A stretch of 64,000 nucleotides of DNA from Candidatus Poribacteria bacterium. Its GTDB lineage: Bacteria; Poribacteria; WGA-4E; WGA-3G. The stretch's first letter is position 1. Each line of letters starts with the position of its first letter. Under the pieces are notes generated by a model. It saw nothing but the letters and a program-made list of their open reading frames with translations. It was not told the origin of the DNA and ran no database searches. Below, piece after piece: positions 48,017 through 57,843 of this stretch. The position numbers and the translations under genes are program-made. The stretch is from NCBI GenBank assembly GCA_965198235.1, contig OZ240248.1, forward strand, positions 2,880,001-2,944,000, written 5' to 3'.

Positions 48017-48226
48017 TTGTTCTCAGCACGTAGATTAGGTTGAACATCAGCAAACCCAACACTTGCAGGAGAGGTCTCCGAATCCGCGTAATCCGTGTAA
48101 TCCGTATAATCCACAGAATCCACGATTCGGACAATGAATAACTAACAACCTCAAAAAACTATTGACGCTCTCCCTAAAATATGCCAAAATATAAATGAAA
48201 TCCGTGTAATCCGCGATCCAGACAAT
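48017..48226. repeat. REP-like element plus nonamer tandem repeats
   Basis: GTAGATTAGGTTGA...AAACCCAAC; ATCCGCGTA ATCCGTGTA ATCCGTATA. Confidence 0.7.
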
Positions 48227-48278
48227 TAACAATCACCGAATGTGCTTGAAATGAACACTGAATGTTAGGAGGTTAATT

Positions 48279-50123
48279 GTGCGTACTTCAACCTTTACAC
48301 CCGAAGAAGCCGGTGCCGGTTCTATTCATTTTGAACCAGTGCCTATGGAGACGGTGGAGCAAACCGAACTTGCATACCATCAACTCTGTCGTGCTGATGA
48401 GTTTCAAGACTTGGAAGGCAAACCATTCCACGTCAACGGCACACACTTGGCTGTTTTCAAATACCAAGATAAATTTTACGCTGTTGATAACCGATGCCCA
48501 CACATGGGGTATCCTATGTCCAAAGGCAGCATCCGAGATGGGGTCCTGATCTGCCACTGGCATCACTGGGAATTTGATCTCAAATCTGGTGGTTGCTTTC
48601 TGGCTTTCGGCGATGATCTGAAAGCCTTTCCCGTCGAACGCCGCGATGACGGTTATCTGTATGTCGGATTAGCAAAGGGTGAGCGAGAGGCGGCAAAACG
48701 ACGCGTCATTGACCGTGGCAAGCGGGCACTTGAGCGAGGACTCAAAGACCGCAGCACTTTCTTTATCGCTAAAGCTGTCACCGCGCTTCGAGATGCGGGC
48801 GCAGCACCGAGCGAAATTATTCATCAGGGACTCCACTACGGCGCACATAAGAGTAGCGAGGGATGGTCATCTGGCGTAGCTATCCTCACCTTGGCGGCGA
48901 ACTTGTGGGACGATGTAGACCCAAAAGACCATAACCTGTTTCTCGTACACGGCTTGAGTCAGATTAGCCGTCGAACGACAGGAAGTTCTCGCCCCTATCG
49001 TGCACCGTTTCCCACAATGAGTGAGGAGCACGACCTTGAAACGCTCAAGCGGTGGTTCCGCTACTTTGTGGATAAACGGCACTCAGGTGCAGCCGAGCGT
49101 ATCTTGTTGACGCTTAATGACCGCGGCTACGATAAATCGATGATTGCAAATTTCGTCTTCACTGCAGCGACTGACTACTACTTTACGGGCGATGGACATG
49201 CCCTCGATTTCGCCAACAAAATGTTTGAGGCGTTAGATTATGTCGAATGGGAAGGGGCACACGAAATTTTGCGCCCGATTGTTATCGATCTGATAAGCCG
49301 AACCCGCCATGAGGAGACTTCTCGGTGGGCAGATGCCGTGCCTGTGTTAGAACCCGTCTTTGAGCGGCTTGATAGTATCTGGAAGGACAACCAAGCCAAC
49401 GAAGCGGAACTCGATATTTCAGCGTTTACACAGACACTCCTCGGCGACGATTTCGAGCCGACTGTCGTTGAGGTCGAAGAAAAACTTCGCGCGGGTGTGA
49501 ATCCGAGAGACATCTGCCGCGCGATGACCTACGCTTCTGCAATTCGGACGGCTCGTTTCCATCTGAAGAACGAAGGGGATTGGCACGATGTAGCGAACAT
49601 TTACTCGTATGCGCACGCGCTTTACCACGCTTTTGATTATGCACCGAGTGCCAGTTTACTGCGTGGTATTTTTCATGGTGTGGTTTTCTTGGCATATTTG
49701 CGTTGGCTGAACATGCCTGCCGCCCGCATACCGAGGCACGGGCAGCGGGTACCTGATGAAACTTATGACTCCTCTGATAAGATGCTGGAGAGGTTACAAG
49801 AGTTTGCGGACTTCCAGAAGGTCTACGAGGCAGAGATTCTGGTGAACCAGTATCTGGAAGAGGGGCATGAGATTGCGCCATTGAAGCAAACACTTGCACA
49901 CATTCTGCTCCGCGAAGATGCCGAACTCCACATGTTTCAGGTACTGGAAGTGGCGTTCCGGCATTACGAGTTGTCGGTTGATGTGGAAGAGCAGCGAATG
50001 CATCTATTGGCAGCGACCCGTTACATCACAGCGCAGAAGCTGATGAAGAACATCTTGTGGTCTACCGAAAACGCGGAGCGTCTCGCACGAGGTGAGTTGC
50101 TGAGTGAACGCGACGATGATTGA
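48279..50123 (+). CDS. Rieske [2Fe-2S] domain protein with long helical C-terminal region
   Basis: CPHMG...CHWHHW; AGGAGG RBS before GTG. Confidence 0.88.
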   Translation: MRTSTFTPEEAGAGSIHFEPVPMETVEQTELAYHQLCRADEFQDLEGKPFHVNGTHLAVFKYQDKFYAVDNRCPHMGYPMSKGSIRDGVLICHWHHWEFDLKSGGCFLAFGDDLKAFPVERRDDGYLYVGLAKGEREAAKRRVIDRGKRALERGLKDRSTFFIAKAVTALRDAGAAPSEIIHQGLHYGAHKSSEGWSSGVAILTLAANLWDDVDPKDHNLFLVHGLSQISRRTTGSSRPYRAPFPTMSEEHDLETLKRWFRYFVDKRHSGAAERILLTLNDRGYDKSMIANFVFTAATDYYFTGDGHALDFANKMFEALDYVEWEGAHEILRPIVIDLISRTRHEETSRWADAVPVLEPVFERLDSIWKDNQANEAELDISAFTQTLLGDDFEPTVVEVEEKLRAGVNPRDICRAMTYASAIRTARFHLKNEGDWHDVANIYSYAHALYHAFDYAPSASLLRGIFHGVVFLAYLRWLNMPAARIPRHGQRVPDETYDSSDKMLERLQEFADFQKVYEAEILVNQYLEEGHEIAPLKQTLAHILLREDAELHMFQVLEVAFRHYELSVDVEEQRMHLLAATRYITAQKLMKNILWSTENAERLARGELLSERDDD

Positions 50124-50293
50124 TGCCGCTCTTGAGTTGTATAGTAAGATCCAAAAATCAAAAATGTGTGGACAGTTGTTCAGTGAACAAGGTTCTATCT
50201 CTGCCTATTTTCTATCGCCGAACCAACAGGTCTATCGCTTCTGTTGTTCAGTGAACAAGGTCCTATCTCTGCTGGCGAGGATTGTATCCTCGC

Positions 50294-50845
50294 CTATTCA
50301 TTCACAAGGAAGCAATTTTGGACAGTGATGTTTTCGGACGAGGGTCCTTCACCACTGACTTTGATTGCTGCACCGCCTCCCACAGGTCTTCCATACTCGC
50401 GGCGTACCGCGTCGATACGGCAGTCGGCTACCGTTACGTTGTGACACTCAGAGAGATTAAGCCCATCGCTACCCGTTCGGATGTCAACGTTGTCACTGAG
50501 TAGCCCGTCGCAACCTTCAGCCAGAATCGCGGAATCACCACCTCTATAGACGTTCAAGTTGCGGATTTCCACGTTTTTGCAGCGTTTCAAGGCGATACAC
50601 GTGCTGCCCGTGCCATCAAGGGTTCCAGGACCGTAGATTTTTATGTTTTTCAAGTCCTCTCCGACAAGCAGTGAGAGATCTGCATTAGGGTAGGAAAACT
50701 TAAGGACAGCACCCGCATCAACCGCGAGGGTAACATTACTCTTCAGGTGGATAGAGCCGGTTGCGTAAACACCGGACGGCACGAAGACCGTGCCACCCCC
50801 AGCCGCGTGGCAGGCGGTGATAGCTCCATTGATCGCGTCCGCGTC
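50294..50845 (-). pseudogene. 5'-truncated GH28/pectin-lyase-fold gene fragment
   Basis: DAINGAITACHAAGGGTVFVPSGVYATGSIHLKSNVTL, DG and NITVQNC motifs; no in-frame start outside the upstream gene. Confidence 0.6.
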
Positions 50846-51449
50846 ATGCCTTTTGGTCAACCATGCTTGTGAGAATGCCGAGGATTTCGCTACACTGACG
50901 GATGTGATAGATCTCCATATCAATATGGAGTTTCTGCTCCTCCAACTTGAGGAAGAGCCACTCAGTGCCCGTAGTGGTAGCTCCATAAACGCGCGGAATG
51001 TTATTTCCTCTTTCCTCATTAAAGCGTTGGGCGGCGATCATCTCCGCAACACATTGTCCTAATCCAGTTGTTGGGTCAGCGTTCTTCGCTTCAACGATGA
51101 TGATGACAGGGGCCTCAAGATAAAATTGGTCTGGGGACAGACTCACTAAAAAATCGCAGACCCCCGTTAATCCGCTTTCAACATCAAGACTAAAGTCAAT
51201 CCCGGAGAAAAAACTAATGCGGTGCTCAAAGTGCTCCCGAAGTTCAACGAGAACATTAGCCACAATTAATTCCGACCGCGCTTTCTCTGTTCTTATAGCA
51301 ACGGCTAAGGGCACCTTCTTTGCCAACTCCTTTGTGAGTTCTACACTCGGATCCACCGGTTCGCTACTGGAAAAGATGTCTGTGGATTCAATTTTCTCGA
51401 GATCAAACGTTTTCCGTACCGTTTCTAAGGTAAAATTGCTATAAGCCAT
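50844..51449 (-). CDS. Hypothetical PD-(D/E)XK nuclease-like protein
   Basis: TEKARSELIV, GVCDF, VEAK, GQCVAEM, TTGTEWLF. Confidence 0.75.
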   Translation of the reverse strand: MAYSNFTLETVRKTFDLEKIESTDIFSSSEPVDPSVELTKELAKKVPLAVAIRTEKARSELIVANVLVELREHFEHRISFFSGIDFSLDVESGLTGVCDFLVSLSPDQFYLEAPVIIIVEAKNADPTTGLGQCVAEMIAAQRFNEERGNNIPRVYGATTTGTEWLFLKLEEQKLHIDMEIYHIRQCSEILGILTSMVDQKA

Positions 51450-51504
51450 TTGTACAGAACCTCATTTTATGTCACAACTATCGCAGTGAGAAATTGTCAG
51501 TTCC

Positions 51505-52269
51505 TTACGGGCTGGTTTTTATATTTCCCCATGTGGTGGCTAATTTGCCCGCGGGGTAAACCGCCAGCGCGGATTTCAGCCCATTTGTCATGAGGACCTT
51601 GATGTCATCTTCAGTGAGCGCGACACTGAAAAACGCAATCTCGTCAAAGAGACCAGAAAAATATTGTCCCCATTGATCTAAAAAATTCGCACCGATACCG
51701 ATATCCGTAAAAGTATAAGAATCGGCAACTGTGTCACCCTCTTTGCCATTGTAATAGCCTGTCACATTCCCCTCGCCATCAAATACAAACGCATAGTGTC
51801 CCCATTTATTGTCATCAAATTCTGGGATGACAGGTTTCCATGCGCTACTCCAGATTTCAACCGCTCCATTTTGGTACCGAGTTGTGAAAGCCGGATTTGT
51901 CGGTCCACTGATGTTCGATATCAACCGATCATCATTAGCAGCATCACTCGGATTTGCCCATAAAACCAATGTAACCTCTCCAGACAAGCCTAAATCCCCA
52001 ACAATGATATGTCCCTTACTCTCATTTCCATCAAATCCCAGCGCGGATCCGAACTTACTGTTCTTTGTCCATTTCGGACTGTTCTCAAGTTTCCCATCAT
52101 TACCATTTTCAGAGGAATCCGCCGCTGTATTACCCTTGCCCTCATCAAAGAGCCACATCCCGGCAACGGTTTTCAGATCAAATTCGGCATCGCTGATGCC
52201 CACAAACATCAGGCTCAGGATAATTAAACTGACACATGCAAGCATTAAATTCGCTATTACGATTTTCAT
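51505..52269 (-). CDS. Secreted LamG domain protein
   Basis: WLFDEGKG, FDEIAFF, C-terminal VYPAGKLATTWGNIK. Confidence 0.88.
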   Translation of the reverse strand: MKIVIANLMLACVSLIILSLMFVGISDAEFDLKTVAGMWLFDEGKGNTAADSSENGNDGKLENSPKWTKNSKFGSALGFDGNESKGHIIVGDLGLSGEVTLVLWANPSDAANDDRLISNISGPTNPAFTTRYQNGAVEIWSSAWKPVIPEFDDNKWGHYAFVFDGEGNVTGYYNGKEGDTVADSYTFTDIGIGANFLDQWGQYFSGLFDEIAFFSVALTEDDIKVLMTNGLKSALAVYPAGKLATTWGNIKTSP

Positions 52270-52733
52270 CCGCCATAACCTCCTTTAATTATGAAGAGAG
52301 TTGTGAATTGAGAATTCGTGACGACACATGGGGTTAAATGTGTGATGCGTGAATAGACAACTAACTCATCTTATCAATCGTCTGCTATTTTATCACGGAC
52401 TCAATTAGCAGTCATCTTTTCCTGAACGACGCAGAAAATAAAGTCGTTGCTAATATTCCATCCGGATTTTGAATCCGACTGAAAACCATTATAACATATA
52501 GATTACAAATGGAATAAAAAATTCTTTCGGTAATCTGGGAAAACAGTCAGAATTTGTAGAAAATTAGTGTCACTCGGTTCTCCTATAGCGACGCTACTTG
52601 GACCTTGCTATACCCGCGAAAGGAACGATCTCCAAATAACGACTTTTTGAATCGGACGGACAGAAAACCGAAACGGGGATCCTCGCACAAATTATTGGAG
52701 AACTAAATAGCCCGAAAGGGAAATAGATTCCGC

Positions 52734-52762
52734 TTGACATTATGCGTCCCTTATAATAAAAT
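52734..52762 (+). promoter_or_regulatory. sigma70 promoter for the 52830 gene run
   Basis: TTGACA-17bp-TAAAAT. Confidence 0.6.
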
Positions 52763-52829
52763 AGGGGAAAATTAATGCCTCAACGATTTGTTTAGGCAAT
52801 CCACTCACATTTCATAGGAGATTTGTAAA

Positions 52830-53636
52830 ATGACAAAAAATTGGGCAATACTATGCATTTTGGCGGTACTGGGGTTGGCATTGATCCCGCTGCACAGTTT
52901 CGCTGCAGTTGACCACGAGACCGCTGTCGGTGTTTGGCTTTTCGACGATGGCGATGTTAGCGATTCCAGCGGCAACGGAAACGATGGCGAACTTATAAAC
53001 GGTGCCGAGGTTACCGATGGCGGCAAGTGGGGAAAAGCCCTCAGCCTCGACGGTGACGATGACTACGTCAATGTCGCAAATTCAGCCAGCTTAGACAGCA
53101 CAGCTGAAGCCTACACGGGTGTCGCATGGGTAAAAATTCAAAGAAAAGGTGATCCCCACAGTGGATGTTGCGCCGACGACCACATGGTCATCGCCTTTAC
53201 GACCGATTGGAACAATATTTTAAATGTTTTTGGTCCCGGTAGAAGCGGAAATCAAGGGAAAGTCGAAGTCGGTAGTCGTGAGTTGAATCCACGCTGGCTC
53301 TTTGGACCTACCGCTGTCAACGATGATCAATGGCATCACCTCGCTTTCACCTACGACGGTGCGAAGAAAATCCTCTACATCGACGGTGAAGTTGACATTG
53401 AGCATGATACAACCGGTGTCTTTGGCGTAGCAGGTGTTGATGTCCATTTAGGTGGAACACCTACTCAAAGACAGGCGTTGGGATTGATGGACGAGATCGC
53501 AGTCTTCAATGTGCCACTCGAACAAGCCGATATTCAAAACCTGATGAACGATGGACTCGGCTCTGTGCTCGGTTTAACGCCTGTCACCCCGCAAGGACGG
53601 CTAACGACAACGTGGGCAGACATTAAGTCGCAATAA
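52830..53636 (+). CDS. Secreted LamG domain protein
   Basis: WLFDDG, WHHLAFTYDG, MDEIAVFN, C-terminal VTPQGRLTTTWADIK. Confidence 0.9.
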   Translation: MTKNWAILCILAVLGLALIPLHSFAAVDHETAVGVWLFDDGDVSDSSGNGNDGELINGAEVTDGGKWGKALSLDGDDDYVNVANSASLDSTAEAYTGVAWVKIQRKGDPHSGCCADDHMVIAFTTDWNNILNVFGPGRSGNQGKVEVGSRELNPRWLFGPTAVNDDQWHHLAFTYDGAKKILYIDGEVDIEHDTTGVFGVAGVDVHLGGTPTQRQALGLMDEIAVFNVPLEQADIQNLMNDGLGSVLGLTPVTPQGRLTTTWADIKSQ

Positions 53637-53706
53637 TTAAGTTAGATATAGTGGTAGTGGATGGGGTTAAAACTCCGTCCCTATACACTCCTATTCCCTC
53701 GAATCT

Positions 53707-54873
53707 ATGACCCCATTCAAATGTATCCTCGCGCTCCTGATACTGTTCCAGCCCTCACTTACCATTGCAGCACCGAGATACCATCCCGAAGCGGCACGGT
53801 TATATGACGTTGGATTACGCGCCCTCGCTCACGGAGAGCAGGAAAAAGCGAAAACCGCTTTAGAGAAAGCCGTCACACTGGATGCCTCGTTAGCGGATGC
53901 CCACTGCGTTTTGGGATTGATTTATAAAGGTGCTGAGGAGACCCACGCCGCGGCTGAAGCGTTTCAACAGGCGACAGTCGCAGATGAAAACTATATTGAG
54001 GCGTATTATGAGCTGGGTGATGTGTTGCTCATTCACTTAGGGGACACCGCACAAGCTACACAAGTCCTACAAAAAATAGTAGCGATGGATGCCGATCATG
54101 CGCGCACGCGGACCCTATTAGGCATCGCCTATTTTCGTGATAATCTGACCGATGCTGCCATTCGTGAACTTCAACACGCTATTAAACTCGATCCGACTTC
54201 GCTGATGGCACGCTACACGCTTGGTAATGCCTTTCTTCAACAGGAAGCGTGGCAGTCCGCTATTGATACTTTTAAAGAACTCATTGAAATTGATCCCTTC
54301 CACGTGAAGGCACATTTTTCTTTAGGCACCGCGTATCGCCGTATTGGGGAAACAGAAGTAGCACAGAGGAGTTTACAACGTTTTGAGGTTCTGTCTATTG
54401 AAGAAGAGCAGTTGACACATCTCAAGCGATTTGTGCGGCAAAACCCTACCAACTCCGAACCGTGGTACCGACTTGGCAGAATCCAACTAAGGCGGCAACT
54501 CTGGACTGAGGCAACGCAATCTTTGGAACGTTACGTTGCACTCGCGCCACAAAAGACGCGCGGCTATGAAGCACTCGGTTATGTCCACTTTCAGCACCAG
54601 AACTACAAGCAGGCGGCGGCGATGTACCAGAAAGCAATTCAGCAGAAACCGAACGTCGCAACGTACCGCAACAGTCTTGCCGGTGCTTATTTGATGTTAG
54701 AACAGTATTCCGAGGCGATAGAGCAATATCAAACAGCCATTCATTTAAAGCCTTCTGAACCGCGCTTCTATCTGAATCTCTCCAAAGCTTACGAACTCGC
54801 TGGGGCACACACAGAAGCAGAGAAGACCTATCAAGAATATGAACGTCTCACGTCAAAATCCACTTCTCAATAG
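53707..54873 (+). CDS. Exported TPR protein
   Basis: Signal peptide and multiple TPR consensus repeats. Confidence 0.88.
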   Translation: MTPFKCILALLILFQPSLTIAAPRYHPEAARLYDVGLRALAHGEQEKAKTALEKAVTLDASLADAHCVLGLIYKGAEETHAAAEAFQQATVADENYIEAYYELGDVLLIHLGDTAQATQVLQKIVAMDADHARTRTLLGIAYFRDNLTDAAIRELQHAIKLDPTSLMARYTLGNAFLQQEAWQSAIDTFKELIEIDPFHVKAHFSLGTAYRRIGETEVAQRSLQRFEVLSIEEEQLTHLKRFVRQNPTNSEPWYRLGRIQLRRQLWTEATQSLERYVALAPQKTRGYEALGYVHFQHQNYKQAAAMYQKAIQQKPNVATYRNSLAGAYLMLEQYSEAIEQYQTAIHLKPSEPRFYLNLSKAYELAGAHTEAEKTYQEYERLTSKSTSQ

Positions 54874-55681
54874 CAAATTTTCGGCACTACTTGCAAGCCG
54901 AAATATCCTCATCTTACTTTATGTCCTCTTGGCGTTTTCACCCTGCGTGTGGACTGAACCCGAAATGTGTCTCATCCCCGCGGGGCATTTCACTATGGGT
55001 AGCGATGATGATCTGCCGAATGAAGCACCGGTACACAAAATCTATTTGGATGCCTATTATATCGGTAAAATGGAGGTAACCAACGCTGAATACCATCAGT
55101 TTTGGCTTGAAAACGGTGGAGTCGGTAGTGAGCACACCCCGATCAGTTATGACGGTGAATTTGGTACCTGGCCCCGCATCGCAAAAACGAAACCGAATCA
55201 TCCCGTCATGGGTGTATCATGGCGTTCTGCTGTTGCTTACGCGACGTGGCGAGGCATGCGGCTACCTACCGAAGCGGAATGGGAAAAGGCGGCACGCGGA
55301 ACAAACGCCAGACGGTGGCCCTGGGGTAATACCTTCACGCAACGCATCAAGGGAACAACCGTCCACGCGAACATACGGAAGCAATCGGGTGCGCATCTGC
55401 AACCCGTTGGTGCCTATCCTACAGGGATAAGTCCTTACGGCACACACGACATGGCGGGGAACGTCTGGGAATGGGTGGCTGACTGGTATTCCGAAACGTA
55501 CTATCATCAGAGTCCTGATCGAAATCCGAAAGGACCGGCAGTTGGGAGTCGGCGTGTTGTGAGAGGGGGATCGTGGTTGAACAAGGAAAAGTTAGCGAGG
55601 TGCTCCACTCGAATTGGGCAATACCCAGCGATCGGGACCAGTTTTATCGGATTCCGCCTCGCAAAAGATTATGAAAAGTAA
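54839..55681 (+). CDS. FGE-sulfatase (SUMF1/EgtB/PvdO) domain protein
   Basis: FTMGS, EVTN, RLPTEAEWEKAARG, DMAGNVWEW, RGGSW, GFR; start uncertain. Confidence 0.9.
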   Translation: MNVSRQNPLLNSKFSALLASRNILILLYVLLAFSPCVWTEPEMCLIPAGHFTMGSDDDLPNEAPVHKIYLDAYYIGKMEVTNAEYHQFWLENGGVGSEHTPISYDGEFGTWPRIAKTKPNHPVMGVSWRSAVAYATWRGMRLPTEAEWEKAARGTNARRWPWGNTFTQRIKGTTVHANIRKQSGAHLQPVGAYPTGISPYGTHDMAGNVWEWVADWYSETYYHQSPDRNPKGPAVGSRRVVRGGSWLNKEKLARCSTRIGQYPAIGTSFIGFRLAKDYEK

Positions 55682-57803
55682 AGGCATAGGCATCCTCATA
55701 GTCCTCTTTGTATGTGTTCCATTCTCGCTGTCATCTGCCGCGATTCAATTCGTTGATGTGACTATGGAGGCAGGCATCAATTTTAGGCACATCAATGGTG
55801 CTGAGGGGGCATATCACCTGCCCGAAACCCTTGGTGCTGGTGGTGCCTTCTTCGATGCCGATAATGACGGTAATTTGGACCTTTACCTTGTTAACAGCGG
55901 TTATTGGAAGGAATCGTCCCCAACAGATAAAGCACTCGGTACGCTCTATCGTAACAACGGTGATGGAACCTTTACTGACATCACAATGACTGCAGGCGTA
56001 GGCAACCGCGGCAACTACGGACAAGGCGCAGTTTGCGCCGATTACGACAACGATGGCGATGTAGATCTTTACGTGACCAATTTTGGTGTCAATGTGCTCT
56101 ACCGCAATAATGGTGATGGAACCTTTACCGATGTCACAACTCACGCGGGAATCGGCGACCCAGCTTGGAGTAGCAGCGCGTGCTTTCTGGACTATAACCA
56201 AGACGGGCACCTCGATCTGTTCGTTGTTAACTATCTTGTGTATTCGCTGGATGTTCCCTACCGTCCATGCGGGGAAGACGGGATTCAAACCTATTGTCAT
56301 CCTTCCCTCTTTGAAGGCGCGCCTGATACACTCTATCGCAACAACGGCGATGGAACTTTTACGGATGTCAGCCATGAAGCCGGTGTTGGAGGTATTGGTG
56401 GCTTGTTTCACGGAAAAGGATTAGGGGTCGTCTCAGCCGACTTCAACAACGATGGTGTTCCAGACCTTTATGTCGCAAATGACGATACCCGAAACGATTT
56501 TTTTTATAACAACGGTGATGGAACGTTCAGTGAAATTTCGCTGCTCGCTGGATGTGCTTACAGTTTCAATGGTGTTGCACAAGCAGGGATGGGTGTTGCC
56601 ACTGACGATTACAACGGCGACGGATGGTTCGATATTTTCGTTACAAACCTCTCTTATGAAACCAATGCGCTTTACCGTAACAACGGTGATGGTACGTTTA
56701 CTGATGTCATTTATGAAGCACATCTCGGTAAAGAGAGTTACCTGTTCGTCGGATTCGGCACAGGCTTCTTAGATGCTGATAACGATGGCTGGCGAGATAT
56801 ATTCATCGCTAATGGGCATATCATTGACAATATTGAAGACACACATGATATCCTGACCTATCGCCAACGCGATCAAATTTTCCGTAATCAAGGAGATGGC
56901 ACATTTCAAGAGGTATCAGCGAGCGCGGGAGACTATTTTCAAAGCACCGCAGTCAGCCGCGGTGCGCTTTTCGGTGATTATGATAACGACGGGGATGTCG
57001 ATATGCTCGTCACACAGTCTAACGGTCCTGTAACCTTATTGCGAAACGAGACCGAAACACAACACAACTGGGTTCGGATTAAAACTGTCGGTGTTATCAG
57101 CAGTCGGGACGGAATAGGGACGCGCGTTACCTTGACGGCAGGCGGACACACACAAATACGGGAGATCAATCGAGGCGCAAGTTACCTGTCCAGTCACGAC
57201 GGTCGACTCCACTTCGGATTAGGAGCGCACACGACCGTTGATAGGCTTGAGGTGCGGTGGCAGAGCGGTGTTGTGCAAGTCTTTGAGAATCTCCCCACAA
57301 ATCGGGAACACGTCATCTCTGAATTTTCAGACACACCCGAGGATAGACTCTTCAAAGCTGCATGGACAGGTGATACTACGACTCTTCACAACGCGATCGC
57401 CGATGTGAACGTAGAAGATGCACTCGGCAGGACACCATTGCACATCGCTGCAGAAAAGGGGTACGGGGATGTAGTGATGTTTTTCGTCGAAAATGGAGCA
57501 GACGTGAACATCACAGATGCCAACGGCAATACACCGCTAATCTTTATTATTCACAAGACAGGAAATCTGGAGATTACCAAACGATTGATTGCGAGAGGTG
57601 CGGTCGTCAATGCCCAAAACCGTACCGGTGAAACAGCGTTGATGTATGCGGCGTGGCGTGGGCATTCTGAGATTGTCGAGTTTCTGCTTGAGAACCACGC
57701 CGATGCTACTCTGAAAAACAGACAAGGCGACACCGCGCTGACGTTAGCGGAATCAAGAGGGCATCTCGACATTGTGCAGATACTCCAAGCAACCATGAAA
57801 TAG
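55671..57803 (+). CDS. CRTAC1-family (FG-GAP + ASPIC/UnbV) protein with C-terminal ankyrin repeats
   Basis: LYRNNGDGTFTDV repeats, GASYLS...LHFGLG, then GRTPLHIAA, GETALMYAA, GDTAL. Confidence 0.9.
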   Translation: MKSKGIGILIVLFVCVPFSLSSAAIQFVDVTMEAGINFRHINGAEGAYHLPETLGAGGAFFDADNDGNLDLYLVNSGYWKESSPTDKALGTLYRNNGDGTFTDITMTAGVGNRGNYGQGAVCADYDNDGDVDLYVTNFGVNVLYRNNGDGTFTDVTTHAGIGDPAWSSSACFLDYNQDGHLDLFVVNYLVYSLDVPYRPCGEDGIQTYCHPSLFEGAPDTLYRNNGDGTFTDVSHEAGVGGIGGLFHGKGLGVVSADFNNDGVPDLYVANDDTRNDFFYNNGDGTFSEISLLAGCAYSFNGVAQAGMGVATDDYNGDGWFDIFVTNLSYETNALYRNNGDGTFTDVIYEAHLGKESYLFVGFGTGFLDADNDGWRDIFIANGHIIDNIEDTHDILTYRQRDQIFRNQGDGTFQEVSASAGDYFQSTAVSRGALFGDYDNDGDVDMLVTQSNGPVTLLRNETETQHNWVRIKTVGVISSRDGIGTRVTLTAGGHTQIREINRGASYLSSHDGRLHFGLGAHTTVDRLEVRWQSGVVQVFENLPTNREHVISEFSDTPEDRLFKAAWTGDTTTLHNAIADVNVEDALGRTPLHIAAEKGYGDVVMFFVENGADVNITDANGNTPLIFIIHKTGNLEITKRLIARGAVVNAQNRTGETALMYAAWRGHSEIVEFLLENHADATLKNRQGDTALTLAESRGHLDIVQILQATMK

Positions 57804-57843
57804 GTGCATCTATGAAAGACTGAGAAAACTTTAGGAGAATTAC

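Noticed and set aside
47920-48232. Short ORFs such as MDSVDYTDYTDYADSE and a possible CRISPR array
   Set aside because: Translations of nonamer tandem repeats; no unique spacers
50844-51019. N-terminal part of ORF 50294-51019 as a true start of the GH28-like gene
   Set aside because: Alternative frame overlapping the better-supported 50844-51449 gene; Ser-rich, non-homologous sequence
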